Shown piece by piece: positions 37,249 through 51,979 of a stretch of DNA of 64,000 nucleotides (position 1 is its first letter; the number at the start of each line of letters is the position of its first letter). The translations under genes were made by a program, and so were the position numbers. The DNA comes from the human T2T-CHM13v2.0 reference genome, Homo sapiens. The stretch lies in NCBI RefSeq assembly GCF_009914755.1, contig NC_060928.1; one strand, 5' to 3'. A model generated the notes under the pieces. That model was given only the letters and a program-made list of their open reading frames with translations. It was not told the DNA's origin and did not search any database.

Positions 37249-39404
37249 GCTAACAGAATCTTAGCAAATAGCCACACATGGAGCTATAGCCCCAGGAGAG
37301 AGGGAAAATGATTGGGGGAGAAACTTTTAAAGAAATAATGGGCAATGTTTTTTTCAAATTAGATGAAAACAACAAACTTAAAAGTTCAATTAATCCTAAG
37401 CAAGATAGCACAAAGAAAACCACATGGAAGTATTTCATAAACAAACAATCAAGAAAAAAATCTTAGAGTCACCCTACATACAGGAGGTCACAGAGAAGAG
37501 TGATTACAGGTTTCTCAGAAATAGCACAAGCCAGAAGATAATGAAGTAGCATCATTAAAGTTCTGAAAGGAAAAAACAGAACTGTCAAACCTAGAATTTT
37601 AGAATTTTATATCCAGCAAAATACTTTGTAAAAGTTAAGGCATAATACTGTCATTTTGAGCAACATAAACAAAATCTGAGATAATTTTAACTACAAAATG
37701 TGTACTGCTCTTGAACTACAAAAAAAAAAAAAAGGAAGTTTTTTAGGCAGAAGGAAAATAATTCCAGATAAAAACATTTTTTAAAAAACAGAAAAGTGAG
37801 AAAGAAGCAATATAGTCTATATGGTGAACAACACAGAATTTGAAATCCTGATGTTGATACTTTGATACTTACAAAACATTAGTTTCCTTATCTGTAAGAT
37901 GTAGATGTTTATGCCTTCATCATAGCAATGTTGCATAGATTCAATGAAATAAAGATCATTTAGCACAATGATTGGAACATACTAAGCACTCAATGAATCA
38001 TAGCTATTACTATGTTATTGATAGCTATTAAATGTCCAAATATATTACTGTTAATAACTCTTGGTGAATAATTTGCACAGAATGTTATATATGTAAAAAA
38101 GTGATGGGCTGATCACCATTAAGCTTTGTAATTTTTCTTGGAAAAAGGTGGGTAGTTAAATATGTTAGTATTATTGGTGCTTTGCAGGGTGGGAAACTGA
38201 GAAGAGATGAGATACCTTGAGACAGGTCACAGAGAAGAGTTCATAGATGAGAAGGAAAGATTTCTCATAGCAATCCAATGCTATCTTGTTGACTTGTAAT
38301 GAAAAGTCTTAAAATATCTCTGACTTCAGGTCAATATTGGCCTTTCATTGTACAACTGGAAGAGCTGTAAAATAAAAAATAACTATTTAGAATTTTTCTT
38401 GAATCTTAACTTTATTTCACTGGGAGAAAACAAGTTACCTGCCTATGATTCTATAAAATAACCAATGCAATGGATATTCTCTAGTAACATTTAAAACCAC
38501 CACATATGTGGGAAAACATAGGAAAATGAAATGTCTAGATTTTGAATAAATGTGTGAATGGATCAAATAAACCTATAAATAAAGTGCAATGCAGTGGTGA
38601 GCATAGATTCTGGAGCCTGACTGCCTAAATTCAAATTTCTATTCTACGCCTCAGTAGCAGTGTAGTCTTGGGAAGATACTTGACCTTTCTCTTAACTGTA
38701 AAGTGGGGAAATAATATTATCTACTTCATAGGATTATTGAAAGATTGAATGAGTTAGCATGTAATATATTTGGCATGTATTTGTTATTATATAAGCAATG
38801 ATGAGAGAGTTGATTAAAAAGTTATAGGAATTACTTGCTAATAATGACACTGTATTACTTGTTAATAATGACGTTGTATACTTTCTCTTTTCAGAATGTA
38901 TTTCAGGTTTGAAGTTACTGTCACATTACTTAGAGGTAAAACATCATTACCACTGGTATTACTAGCATTTTATCATGAAATATTGATATAATTTGTGAAG
39001 AAAGGAAAACTTTCCAATCTAAAGTTCTTAGGAGGCTCAAGACTGCATCTGGAGAGAAGCAACTACTTATCTACTAACACGACAACCCTTGGTTTGGTTG
39101 CAGTAGCAAGCTCCACTCTAATCATTCAGCTGAACAAACAAAACCCAGGATTTTGTTATTTTCCCAGAAACTAGGTAAACAGCCACTTCCCTTTTAGTTC
39201 TCTTTTTAAAGTAAGAAGGTCCACATCTCTCCTAATCATCACTTCACTCTATATTCCTATTTTAAAAGTTGATTTTTCTAGATGATTGCTATTTTAAGCC
39301 AATAAAAAAGTCACTAACAAATATGCTATTTAAATAATGTATGACTATAAATAATATGCTATTGCAAACATATAAATTTTAAAACCACTAATTAACCCAA
39401 TGGT

Positions 39405-40050
39405 CAGTGGTATACTGTTAGGCTTATTTGGCTGTATGGATAGAAACCCACTCATGAAGGATACTGGATTTGGGCCAGGCTTAGAAACCAAGAACGTGCA
39501 GAACTCTAAAAACAGGCTATTTTTTATTGTCTCTTTCAAGAGCCACAGAGTTTCTCTGTATTTCATGATATCTCTGCTTATCTGAGCATGTCTGATCCAT
39601 CTTCTCTTCAAACTACCTGGCTTCTGTCTTCTGATGGTTTCCATTCCATACAACTTTGATTGAATCATCAGCCACTATGGGCTTTACCTTACTAATAGCA
39701 TCTCTGAATTTACCACTTGGTTTGAATCTTAGCATATTCCCAGTGCAGTTCAAATTAGTGGAGGAAGAGGGAGATTTAAATATCTGATCAGCCCAGTCCC
39801 AGTTTACCTGATCAATCCATCAATCATCTGTAGATCACCAAACTACAGACTGGTGGGTCAGATGTCCACCCTAGGTTCATGTGGGAGAGATCACACAGTA
39901 CAAACCACTATCCCCCACTGCCATTCCATGTATTAGGCATATCTTTCTCAGAAGGGATTGTGGGCAAGCAGGCATCATAAATATATCTAGTAAGTACACT
40001 CAAAGAAAATGGGCCACATCCAGGCAACATTCCATAGTGGACACTGTTTA
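39405..40050 (-). mobile_element. Old MLT1 (L/M/N-like) LTR remnant
   Basis: TGT..GGCTGTATGGATAGAAACCCACTCA...GGGCAAGCAGGCATCATAAATATATCTAG. Degenerate match only. Confidence 0.45.
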
Positions 40051-41022
40051 CTTGGTCTGCCCACTTTGAGAACCAGGGCTTTAAATGTGAATGTCAGTTG
40101 AGTTAGCACAGGTCAGATATTTTGCAGCAGTATTTGATAGGATTACTTTAGCACAAGAAGGAATAAATGCTTCAAAAAGACTTCAGTTTGAAAATACCTA
40201 AAATCATACCCTGAAACAAATTATGTAAAATTAATTAAACAGTAAATTTAAATCTAAGTACAGGTGCAAGTTATGGCTGCATATAACGTATTCCTATAAT
40301 CACAAATGGGTACTAGTCTCTTTTAACTAATTTATTCCTGAAACCTGAGTCCTCTTGGCTCTGTGAAACTTTTGTATACTGTCATTTAATTTTTCTTTTG
40401 CCTTTATTGTTATTGCATTTTATCTGCTGATACATACTGACATCCCTAGCAGATCTTCTTAGGCTGACTACCTCGATGTGTCTAGGTTAAGCTAATGCAA
40501 GTGCCTTCCTAGTCTCTGAGATAATCTTTAAATTTTATCAGTTTTATCCCTGATGTTCTAGGTATTTTGTTCACCATTTACTAATGCAGAGAATCAAGCA
40601 AACCATGCAGATATGCCAACTGAAACATGCCATCTTTCCCTGCATTGCTGTATAATACATATGCCTGGATTAGTGGGTTTGTTTTTTAATTCATATGTTT
40701 TTTATTGTGCAATAGTTTAAACAGAAAAGTTGCAAGAACTGTGCAAAAGAACCTCCAAATTCCTTCATTCAGATTATCGTATTGTTAACCTCATTCCACA
40801 AGCTCTCTCCCGCTTTTTTCCTCTCCCCCTCACCCCTTTACTCTCTACATATGTATGTGTACAGACCTATATATTTATATATATATATTTATTTATTGAT
40901 ATTAATCCACTTTGTCAGTGAACATTTCAAGCATTTTCCCTTTCCCTTGGCTATTACATGATACTACAATGACCGTCATTCTACTTGTCTTTTTTCAAAC
41001 ATGTACAAGAGTTTCTCTAAGG

Positions 41023-42253
41023 CAGCAGTTCTCAAAATGTCATCCATGGACCTCTGAGGTCCCCAAGAGTTCACAAAGTCAAACTATTTTCATGATAACA
41101 CAAGGACATTATTTGCCCACAAATGACATTTGTACTGAGGGTACAAAAGCAATGGTAGGTAACACTGCTGGTGCCTTAATCAAGGCAATGGCAGCAAGGG
41201 CAATTAATTATCATTGCATTCTTTGCCACCATGCACTTGTAGTTTTCTTTTTTATGCCAGTTTCCCCTTTAAAATGTCCATGAGGAAACTTCAAAACTTA
41301 ATTTGATTAAATGGCAACCCTTGAGTACACATCTTTTTAACATTCTGTGTGACAAAATGGAAGGGAAGTGTGAAACACTTCTGCTGCATAGGAAGATGGT
41401 TCTCTCAAGAAAAAACACTTGTGTGATGGTTTGAGTTGAGAGCTGAACCAGGTGCCTGTTTCATCAACACCATTTTTACTTGAAAGAATGACTAATTCAG
41501 ACTTTGCTATTTGAACAAACTGCGTTTGTGACTTTGAGGAAAAAAGACTGACAGTATTTGTTATCCATACAAAATTTCTAAGTTTCTCTTGAATATGCAG
41601 ATATTTAGAATATCTGCATAACCCTTTGAACCAATTCTTTTCAAATGACTAATTATTGATGTTACAAAATTATGCATGGGTTAAAGAACCCCTCAAAATA
41701 CAAGATAGGCCAATTTATTTTAATGCAGCAGAGTATTAAAATGTTTACTGATATGGTTTCATATTCTACATTGCAACTAAGCCTCAAAAAATTAAAACAT
41801 GTTGAGTTTTGATGTAGTATCAAATAGAATATCCACAGTTATCTGAAACAGCTATTAAATAATACTTTCTTTTCCAACTGTACATCTGTGTGAAGCTAAC
41901 TTTCCTTTATGTGCTTTACAGGAAGCACATTGCAGCAGACTGCATGCAGAAGCAGACATCAGAATCCAGCTGTTAAGCCATGCCTCAGAGAGATTTGTAA
42001 AATGGTAAAACAATGCCACTCATCCTTTTCTGTCTTCTAGGGAAAATATATTTGTTTTTAAATATCATGTTAACATGTAACAAATGTGTCATTCTTATTC
42101 CTAAATGAATTAACAAATAAATCTGTCTTTTTAATTTTCCAACTTTAAATTCTAATATGATAACTATAATTCATGAAACAAGATCTGTTTGGGGTTCTCA
42201 ATAATTTTTAAGAGTATAAAGAGATACTGAAGACAAATGTTTGTAGATTACTG
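41023..42253. mobile_element. Charlie1 (hAT) DNA transposon remnant
   Basis: CAGCAGTTCTCAAAATG...TTTGTAGATTACTG termini. 8-bp flanks CTCTAAGG / CTCTAGGC (hAT NTCTAGAN-type target). Internal Charlie1 motifs (GAATATCCACAGTTATCTGAA..GCTATTAAA; ATGCAGAAGCAGACAT.AGAATCCAGCTG). Confidence 0.85.
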
Positions 42254-45200
42254 CTCTAGGCTATAAATACGAAAATAAATTTGGGAAGGTATAGGCTACA
42301 CATATCTTTAACATGACTAGATAACATCACATTGCTCCCCCATCCAATCTTGAATTACAGGTCTATGTATTCAAGTTGAGAGATGGTAGCTTAATTGAAT
42401 TATCATAGTGCTTCCTTAACATGAACTAATTAGCTATTACATAGAAATTGTTTAGGCAAATTCTGGATACTATTTAAGAAGCTTTGAAACAATTTGGTCT
42501 CACTAAATGCCTTCTATTTTATTATTAAATTAAAGGAAAACTCAACTAGGATAACATTTTTCTCGAATAAATATACAGGTTAAATATAGCCAGAGACATT
42601 AAATTTTATTACAATATTTTATTAATAATTAAGTCACACAGGCATCCTAGACAACCAATACATTGAAAATACTATATATTCCTCCTGTGTCATTACAATA
42701 TATAATTATTCAGGGAGCCTATGCACTGATTAAAAGAGGTGCAATGATTTAAAACATGTGGCCTATTACCATGTAAAATAGGTTTGGGATTAATTCTACA
42801 ACTGTTTGATATTTAAAATGAGTGTGTAATTCAGTATATTAAAGAGTTTTTATGTATATACAATAGGAAATGATTTAAGATTTCTTAACATTAAAACATA
42901 ATGCAAGAAGGAGGTAGAGAGAAATTATATTAATTCTCCCAGAGCAAGACATTATAATAAGCTGAATCATACAATTTTTAATTTTAAATTTATGGGTTAA
43001 AAGGAATGAAAGCCCTTGGGACAAAATGGAATAAAATAAGATTTTGATCCCAGCAGGGAACTTTTTGGAAACCTCTCCTCCGGGCATCGTATCAAGACCT
43101 TATGGAAGAAATGGCCTTTCAATCATATCTCCTGAAGTCATAGAGAATTTTATCATGTCTCACGCATAATGAAATGTTAATGTGATTTTTCTTGACTGAT
43201 ATCATTCAGAGTAATTCATTTTCAACACCAGTTCTCACTCATTATAAGACTGATTTAATGTGGTACTTATAATTAAAGCCTGTTTTTAAAAATAGCAACT
43301 GAATCCACAGGAAGTATGAACATTTCTCATTTTAAGGAGTTTTCTTTAGAGAGTAATAGTCACTGGACTCTGCATTCATTGAACTAACCTTTAGACAGAG
43401 ATAGAAAAGGGTTAAGTAGACAGTCTTCAACTCATCAGAACTCCTACCCGTAGTTTTCCTATTTCTGACTCCACTTCAGGCTTCTAAATGACATGAAAAT
43501 ATTTTAAGTACACATAATCCTATATGAAAATTATAACCATTAATATATTTGTAGTAGTGAAAGAAGGTATATAGACAGATAGCTTGATCAATCAATCGAT
43601 CGATCGATCCACCCCAATAAACTGCCTAAAGTGGTGGCAGAGATGTCTTAGCTAGAAATGTTCATCATAAGCTGGGGTTTGAGGCTGTGCCCAGAGATAA
43701 GTTATCTGACACTTGAAAAACCAACTGTCTAGAAAGAAGCCCCAGAGTGCAATGTAGACAGATGAAAGAGTCTCTGCACACATAAATGAAAAAGTGACAC
43801 ATATCATCTACTTTCTGCAAGGTAAACCCAACAACTGGAGCTGATAGTTCAGGCTTGAGGCTATGACCTCATAAATCATACACACAACTGAGGGAATAAA
43901 AACATTTGAGAAGCCATAGTTTCACAGCCAGAGCTTCACAGCTCACATCCCATGGGATTCTATGAAGACAATCAACTATTGGCAAGTCTGCCTACAAGCC
44001 TAGAAAAGCTGTTTAAACTGTCATCTATGGCTCTGGCCATATTGCAACAAGGCTGAGTAAGCCAAGAGCTAGAATACAGGCTGTACAGCTTCCCCCTCCC
44101 CTCTCATCTCCTTTTTTGTTCTCTGAGTAAATAGAGGTAGAAGACAGTTGAATAATCGTTTAAGAATGTCATTGCCGTTATTCTAATTTGTATCTTAAAA
44201 TAATCTGGAGAATATACTGCCATCACGGAAGAAATCATAAAGAACCTGGAATGTTTTATGTAGTACCTTGTTATTCAGAGATCAACTTCAATGTCACCCT
44301 TCAGGGGTTTTCCTTGACCACCCACTCTACTCTCTATCGCATCATCTTATTTTTAATAGAGAAGGTATGGGCATTTGATATTCTTCTTGTTTATTTATTA
44401 GAGAATAAGAATAGTATAGGTGTTATAAATACAGATCCTGAGATCAGGTTGCTTCAATTGGAATTCTGGCTCTCCAACATAATCACTGGGAGCAAGGCTC
44501 TATGCCTTAGTTTCCCCCTCTAACATTTGAATAGTAGTTTTTTCTACATCCCTGGGTTTTGGGGAGGATTGTGCTTGTTAATAAAAGTACTAGATCCTGG
44601 ACAGGCACAGAGTAAGCACTTGATGAATGTGAGCCTTAACTCTTTATTTGCTTGGTGTCTATTTCCCTAACTAGTCTGTTCTTCACTTGTCTGCCTCAGT
44701 GACCCAGTACCTGGAATGATGGATGCCTGGAGCACTCATGAGACTTTCAGTAGGAATGATGAAAAATTAATTAATGAGTCTCAGTTCAGGTTTTGAGATT
44801 TAAATCTAACTCAGTAGACAGTAAGAAGGCATGGACAGACAAAATTGAAAACTTAACAGTTCACAGTAAACATTGAGCTTCTGCTATACATGGTAGTCAA
44901 GAACTTTGACTGTATAATGCTGACAATGGCTTTCTTTCTTTAGTTGCTAAGAAATTACCCCAGTGGTTTTATGCTCCAAATACTCTACATGACTGATAAC
45001 CTTATTTCCTGTGCTGATTGAGTCAAATCCATGCCACACCATTTGAGCCACCTCAGAATACATATTGAAACCCTATCTGTCACCTCAGGCCTTCCCCTAA
45101 GTGGGCTCTGTGCCACAGAAGAGGCAGCTCCAGCCATCCCTGGAGGGCTGTCCCAGTGGCCTGAGAGCTGCTCCTAGACCCCTACCAAGGTCAGCATTGA

Positions 45201-48124
45201 CCTCAAAGAACCTAGTCACAGACTTGTCCAACCAGCCCCACCCAGCTTTGCCCCCTCCAGTGCCTTGGCAGCACAGTGCAGGATGGGGCCCTTGGGAACT
45301 CCATGCCCTGACTATCACCAGGGACACCTCGTACTTCCTCCATCAACAAAGACCAAGTAAAAATTCCACTGCCATTATCACAGGTGTCTCTTGCCTGCAA
45401 GCACCACCTACTGGCCTGTAGGATGAACTACACAATCCAATATAATTCCTGCTGACAAAAGTAAGGAAATGAGATAATTTCCCAAAACCTCCACCTCCTC
45501 ATCTTTGTAGGAGACAGTGAGCCTCACCACACACACAAGGCTACCACAACCTACAAACAACTAACATTTGGGAAAACCACTATGCTAAGGCTATCTATAA
45601 CTAAGACATTTACACAGAGACTTGGCCCCTTGAAATCACACAGAAGCAAAGCCAAATGAACCTACCCAACATGAGCAATAGTCACACTCTCAAGGAGGAA
45701 AGAAGAAACCCACCGAATTAAAATAAATTTTAAAATATTAAATTTATTTTTAAATTTAAGAATTTAAATTTAAATTTAAGAAGAAACCAGCACAAGAATT
45801 TCAGCACCATGATGAAACAGATGGTTGAGACACTCCTAAAAGACCACATGAGCTCTCTAGCAATAGCTGCCAACCAAAATGAAAACTTTGAGGTGAGAGA
45901 TAAAGAATTAAAGTTATGAATTTTGAGGAAGTTCAGTGAGATCCAAAAGAAAGTGGAAAACCAAACAAAGAAACCAGAAAAAAAACTCAGGAGACGACAG
46001 AGAGGAAAGATATATATTTTAAAAACCAAACAGAACTTCTGGAAATGAAAAATTCACTAAGGGAATTTTAAAACACAGTTAAAAGCTTTAATAAGAGACT
46101 AGACCTAAGCAGAAGAAAGGATTTCAGATCTTGAAGACAGGTCTTTCAAATTAACCCAGTCAGACAAAAACAAAGAAGAAAATAATTTTTTTTGATCAAC
46201 AAAACCTTCAAGAAATATAGGATTATGTAAAGTAACAAAACCTATAACTTATTGACATTCTTAAGAGGAAGAAGAAAAAATAAGAAGTTTGGGAAACATA
46301 TATGAGGAAATCAGGAAAATTTCCTCAGTCTTGCTAGAGAAATAGGCATCCAGATACATAAAATTCAGAGAACACTTGGAAGATATTATACAAGATGAAC
46401 ATCATCAAGGCATATAGTCATCAGACTATCCAAGGTCAACATGAAAGAACAGATCTTAAAAGCAGCTAGAGAGAAGCATCAAATTACTTATATAGGAAAC
46501 CCCATCAGACAAACAGCAGACTTCTCAGCAGAAACCATACAAGCCAACAGAGACCAAGGGCCTGTTTTTAGCCTCCTTAAAGAAAAACAAAAGTACTAGT
46601 CCAGAATTTTATATCCTGCCAAACTAAGCTTCATAAATGAAGAAATAAAATCTTTCCCAGACAAGCAAACATTAAGGGAATTTGTCACAACTAAACCAAC
46701 CCTATAAGAAATGCTCAAAGGAGTTCTAAACACAGAAACCAAAGGACAATAATCACCATCAAGAAAGTGCTTCACCATCCTGTGAAGCAATTACACAATT
46801 GAGACTCCAAGGCAAATAGCTAACAATATTATACAGAAACAAAACCTCATATATCAATGTTAACCTTGAACATAAATCACCTAAATGCTCCACTTAAAAG
46901 ATATAGACTAGACTTTAAAAAACAAGGCTCAATCATCTGTTGCCTACAAAAGAACCACCTAATGGCTAAAGCTGACTCAGACTCAAAGTAAATAAATAAA
47001 AAAAAGATATATCACACAAATGGAAAACCAAAGTAAGCAGAAGTAGCCATTCTTATATAAAACAGACTTTAAAGCAATAATAGTTTTTTAAAAATGGCAT
47101 TAAAGGGCATTATATATTGGCAAAGGGTTTAATATAACAAGAAGATTTCACTAGCCTAAATATATATGCACCCAACACCAGAGCACCCAGATCCATAAAA
47201 AAAATACTGTTAGACCAAAGAAAAGAGACTGATATCAATACGATAATAGTGGGGGAAACCCCACTGATAACACTAGACAGATCATCAAGGTAGAAAGTCA
47301 ACAAGGAAAACTGGATGTAAACTGGACTCTAGACCGAATGAACTTAATAGATATTTACAGGACATTCTACCTAATAATTGCAGAGTATACATTTTTCTCA
47401 TTTGCATATAAAATATTCTCCAAAATCCACCAATATTTGGCTCTAAAGCAAGTCTCAATACATTTAAAAAATTAAAATGATATCAAGTATCTTCTCAGAT
47501 CACAGTGGAATAAAATTAGAAATCAATACCAAGAGGAACTCTGAAAAGTAAGTAAGTACATGGAAACTGATAACCTGCTTCTGAATCACATTTGGGTAAA
47601 CAATGAAATAAGACAAAAATTTAAGAAATGTTTTGAAGTGAGTGTAAATAGAGAAACAACATATCAAAATCTCTGGGATACCGTAAACACAGTGCTGAAA
47701 GTTTATAGCATAAAATGCCTATATCAAAAAAGATGGAAAGATCTCATATTATAACTTCACATCACACCTCAAGGAAATAGAAAACAATAATAAAACCAAA
47801 CTCAAGTCTAGCAGAAGAAAAGAAAAACATCAGAGCAGAACTAAATGAGACTGAGACCAAAATAAATCAAAACAAAACAAAAAAGATACAAAAGATCAAT
47901 TAAAAGAAAAGTTGGCTCTTTGAAAGAGTAAACAAAATTTAATAACTTCTAGCTAATTTAATAAAAAAAGAGATTCAAATAAACACAATTAGAAATAATA
48001 AAGGTGACTTTATTACTGATACCATAGAAATTCAAAAGATAATCAGAGATTACTATGAACATCTCTATATGTACAAACTAGAAAACCTAGAAGAAATGGA
48101 TAAATTCCTGAAACATACAACCTC

Positions 48125-48468
48125 TGATATGGTTTGGCTGTGTCCCCCCCCACCCAAATCTCATCTTGGGAGGGATTTGATGGGAGGTCATTGAATCATG
48201 GGGGCAAGTCTTTCCCATGCTGTTCTCTTGAAAGTGAATAAGTCTCATGAGATCTGATGGTTTTAAAAAGAGGAGTTCCCCTGCACAAGCTCTCTCTCTT
48301 TGCCTGCTGCTAGCCATGAAAGACACGACTTGGTCTTTCTTGCCTTCTACCATGATTGTGAGGCTTCCCCAGCCACGTGGAACTGTAAGTCCAATTAAAC
48401 CTCTTTCTTTTGTAAATTGCCCAGTCTTGGGTATCCCTTTATCAGCAGCATAAAAACGGACTAATACA
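48125..48468 (+). mobile_element. THE1B-like solo LTR nested in L1 ORF2
   Basis: TGATATGGTTTGGCTGTGTCCCC...CGGACTAATACA. TSD ACCTC at 48120-48124 and 48469-48473. Confidence 0.94.
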
Positions 48469-48896
48469 ACCTCTCAGGATTGAACTAGAAAGAAATAGAA
48501 ATCTTGAACAGACCAATAATGAGAAACAAAACTGAATCAGTTAAAAAAAATCTTTCAACCCAGGACTAGACAAATACACAGCCAAATTTTACCAGACATA
48601 CAAAGAGCTGGTACCAATCTAAATGAAACTATTACAAAAGATTGAGGAGGAGGGATTTCTCCCTAACTCATTGTATGAAACCAGTATTACCCTGATATGA
48701 AAATCAGGCAGGGACAGAACAGCAACAAAAAATGAAAACTGCAGGCCAATATTCCTAATGAATATAGATGTGAAACTCCTGAACAAAATACTAGCAAACT
48801 AATCCAATTGCACATCAAAAAGACAGTCCATCTTGATAAGTAGGTTTGCAGGAATGCAAGGATAAGTCAACATTTGCAAAAAATGGAATTGATCAC

Positions 48897-49272
48897 TGTT
48901 TTAGTCAGTTATCATGCTGCTAATACAGACATATCTGAAACTGGGTGCAATATAAAGCAAAGAGGCTTAATTGACTCACAGTTCAGCATGGCTGGAGAGG
49001 CCACAGGAAATTTACAATCATGGTGGAAGGGGAAGCAAACACTTTTTTCTTCAAATGGCGGCAGAAAAAACAAGTGCAGAGCAAATGGGGGGAAAGCCCT
49101 TTATAAAACCATCAGATCTCATGAGAACCCACTCACTATCATGAGAACAGCATAGTGGTAACTGCCACCATGATTCAATTACCTCCTACTGGATCCCTCC
49201 CATGGCACGTGGGGATTGCCAGAACTACAATTCAAGATGAGATTTGGGTGGGGACACAGCCAAACCATATCA
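48897..49272 (-). mobile_element. THE1C-like solo LTR nested in L1 ORF2
   Basis: TGTTTTAGTCAGTT...GGGACACAGCCAAACCATATCA. TSD ATCAC at 48892-48896 and 49273-49277. Confidence 0.94.
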
Positions 49273-51713
49273 ATCACATTAACAGAATTAAAAACAAAAA
49301 CCACAAGCTTATCACAATAGATACAGAAAAAACACTCGATAAAATCTGACTTTTCTTCATGATAAAAACCCTCAACAAACTAGATATTGAAAGAACATAC
49401 CTCAAGATAATAAAAGCCATATATGACAAACCCACAGCCAATATTACACTGAATAGGAAGGAGTTGAAAGCATTCCCTCTAAGAACTGGAACAACATAAG
49501 GATTTTACTCTCACCACTCCTATTCAACATAGTACTAGAAGTCCTAGCCAGAGTAATCATGCATGAGAAAGACATAAAAGGCATCCAAATTAGAAAAGAG
49601 GAAGTAAAATTAGCTCTGTTCACTGATGACTTAAAGCCCTAAATACTCCTCCAAAAGACTTCTAGACTTGATAAATGACTTCAACAAAATTTCAAGACAC
49701 AAAATTAATGTACAAAAATCAGTAGCATATCTATACACCAATAATGCCCAAGCTGAGAACCAAATCAAAAACTCAATTTTATTTACAATAGCTACAAAAA
49801 GAAAAAATTACCTAGGAATACAGTTAACCAAAGAAGTAAAAGACCTCTACAAGGAGAACTACAAAACACTGACAAAAATTCATAGATAACAGAAACAAAT
49901 TTTCTTTAAATCCCATGCTTATGGATAAGAAGTGTCCATATTGTTAAAATGACCATACTACCCAAATCAATCTATAGATTCAATGCAAGTCCTATCAAAT
50001 TACCAACATCATTCTTCAAAAAATTAGAGAAAACAATTCTAAATTTCATATGAAACAAAAAAGAGCCCAAATAGCCAAAGCAATCCCAAGCAAAAAGAAC
50101 AAATCCAGAGGCATCACATTATCTGACTTCAAATTATATTACAAGCCTCTAGTAACTAAGACAACATGGTACTAGTTCAAAAATAGACACATAGATCAAT
50201 GGAACAGAATAGAGAATCCAAAAATAAAGCCACATACTTACAACCAACTGATGATCTTTGACAAATTTGACAAAAATAAACAATGGGAAAAGGACACCCT
50301 ATTTAATAAATGGTTCTGAGAAAATTGGCTAGCCAGATGAAGAAAAATGAAACCTGATTCCTGTCTCTCACCATATGCAAAAATTAGTTCAAAATAGATT
50401 AAAGACTTCAGTGTAAGACCTGAAACTCTAAACATCATAGAAGAAAACCTAGAAAAAAAGAACTCTTCTGGACATAGGTCTTAGCAAATAATTTATGACT
50501 AACACCTCAAAAGTAAATGCAATACAAACATCAAAAATAGACAAATGAGACTTAATTAAACAAGCTACTGCATAGCAAAAGAAACAATCAATAGAGTAAA
50601 CAGACAACCTACAGAATGGGAGAAAATGTTTGCAAATTATACCTCTGACAAAGGACTAATATCCAGATTCTACCATGAACTCAAACAACTCAACAAGAAA
50701 AAGAAACAATCCCATTAAAAAGTGGGTAAAGGACATGAACAGACATTTCTCAAAAGAACACATACAAGTGACCAACAAACAAAAAAAGTCTCAATATCAC
50801 TAATCATCAGAGTTATGCAAAGTAAAACCACAAGGAGATATTATCTTACACCAGTTAGAATGGCTATTACTAAAAAGTCAAAAACCAACACATGCTGGCA
50901 TGGATGTGGTAAAAAGAGAACCCTTATATACTGTTGGTGAAAATGTAAAGTAGTACAACCTCTATGGAAAACAGTAAGGAGATTTCTCAAAGAACTAAAA
51001 ATGGAACTATTATTCAACCCAGCAATCCCACTACTAGGCATGTACCCAAAGGAAAAGAAATCATTATATAAAAAAGACACCTGCACTTGTGTGTTGATTG
51101 CAACACTAGTCACAATAGCAAAGTCATGGAATCAACCTAAGTTTCCATCAAGGGTTGATTCAACAAAGGGAATGTTGTATATACACATCGTGAAATCACT
51201 ATGCAGCCAAAAAACAAAAACAACAAAAAAAATGAAATCATGTCCTTTGCAGCAACATGGATGGAGCTGGAGTCCATTATAAGTGATATAACTCAGAAAC
51301 AGAAAATCAAATACCAAATATTCTCTCCCATTATAAGTGAGAGCTAAATAATGGGTACATATGGACATAAAAATGGAAAAAATTATACTGGGCACCCCAA
51401 AATGGGGGAGGATGGGAGAGCAGTGGGGGTTTAAAAAATTACCTATTGGGTAAAATGTTCACTATTTGAGTGATGGGTATACTAGAAGCCCAAACCTCAA
51501 CATTATGTGACATATCCATGTAACCTGCACATGGACCCCCCGAATATAAATTTTTTAAGTCTTTCTGTCTTCTTTCTCCTCTACAGTTTCTCTTGAAATT
51601 ACATTTTTGTGCTTTGTGATTATTTATTTTTACTATTATCTTTCTTTTAAAAATCATTTATAATTATCAGGCTTACACTAAAATGTCCCAGGACTATTAA
51701 AAGTTGTGTAGCC

Positions 51714-51979
51714 AAGAACAGAAAACCAAACACTGCATGTTCTCACTCATAAGTGGGAGTTGAACAATGAGAACACATGGACACAGGGAGGGGAACATCA
51801 CACACCAGGGCCTGTTGTGGGGTGGGGGACTAGGGGAGGGATAGCATTAGGAGAAATACCTAATGTAGATGACAGGTTGACGGGTGCAGCAAACCACATG
51901 GCACAAGTATACCTATGTAAGAAACCTGCATGTTCTGCACGTGTATCCCAGAACTTAAAGTATAATAAAAATAAAAAAT
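51714..51979 (+). mobile_element. 5'-truncated L1PA (about L1PA5-8) 3' end
   Basis: CATGTTCTCACTCATAAGTGGGAGTTGAACAATGAG...ACTTAAAGTATAATAAAA. 16-bp TSD TAAAAG(T/A)TGTGTAGCC at 51698-51713 and 51979-51994. Confidence 0.95.

Larger units (their letters stand above)
35440..37790 (+). mobile_element. Old L1M 5'/ORF1 remnant with nested FLAM and L1PA 3' end
   Basis: Decayed ORF1-like text (AGTGAACTTGTAGACATAGCAATA; AAACTTTTAAAGAAATAATGG; CTGTCAAACCTAGAATTTT..ATATCCAGCAAAATA). Confidence 0.7.
45082..51555 (+). mobile_element. Near full-length L1PB (L1PB3/4-like) LINE-1; ORF1 and ORF2 disrupted
   Basis: Partial GC-rich 5'UTR, ORF1 (~45790-46750), ORF2 EN/RT fragments (NIYAPNTRAP; TTYQNLWD; [15 protein letters not shown]; [10 protein letters not shown]), and L1PB-type 3'UTR (TTACCTATTGGGTAAAATGTTCACTATTTGAGTGATGGG). 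Many stops and frameshifts. Confidence 0.92.

Noticed and set aside
38881-38940. Possible small exon (pyrimidine tract + CAG ... AG|GTAAA)
   Set aside because: Weak donor, no linked exons or coding signal; such motifs are common by chance.
45720-45780. AT-only inverted repeat AAAATAAATTT..AAATTTATTTT
   Set aside because: Low-complexity A/T tract in the L1 5' region, where such palindromes are expected by chance.
45800-45820. REST/NRSE-like TTCAGCACCATG
   Set aside because: Only the left half-site is present (no GGACAG), and it lies inside L1.
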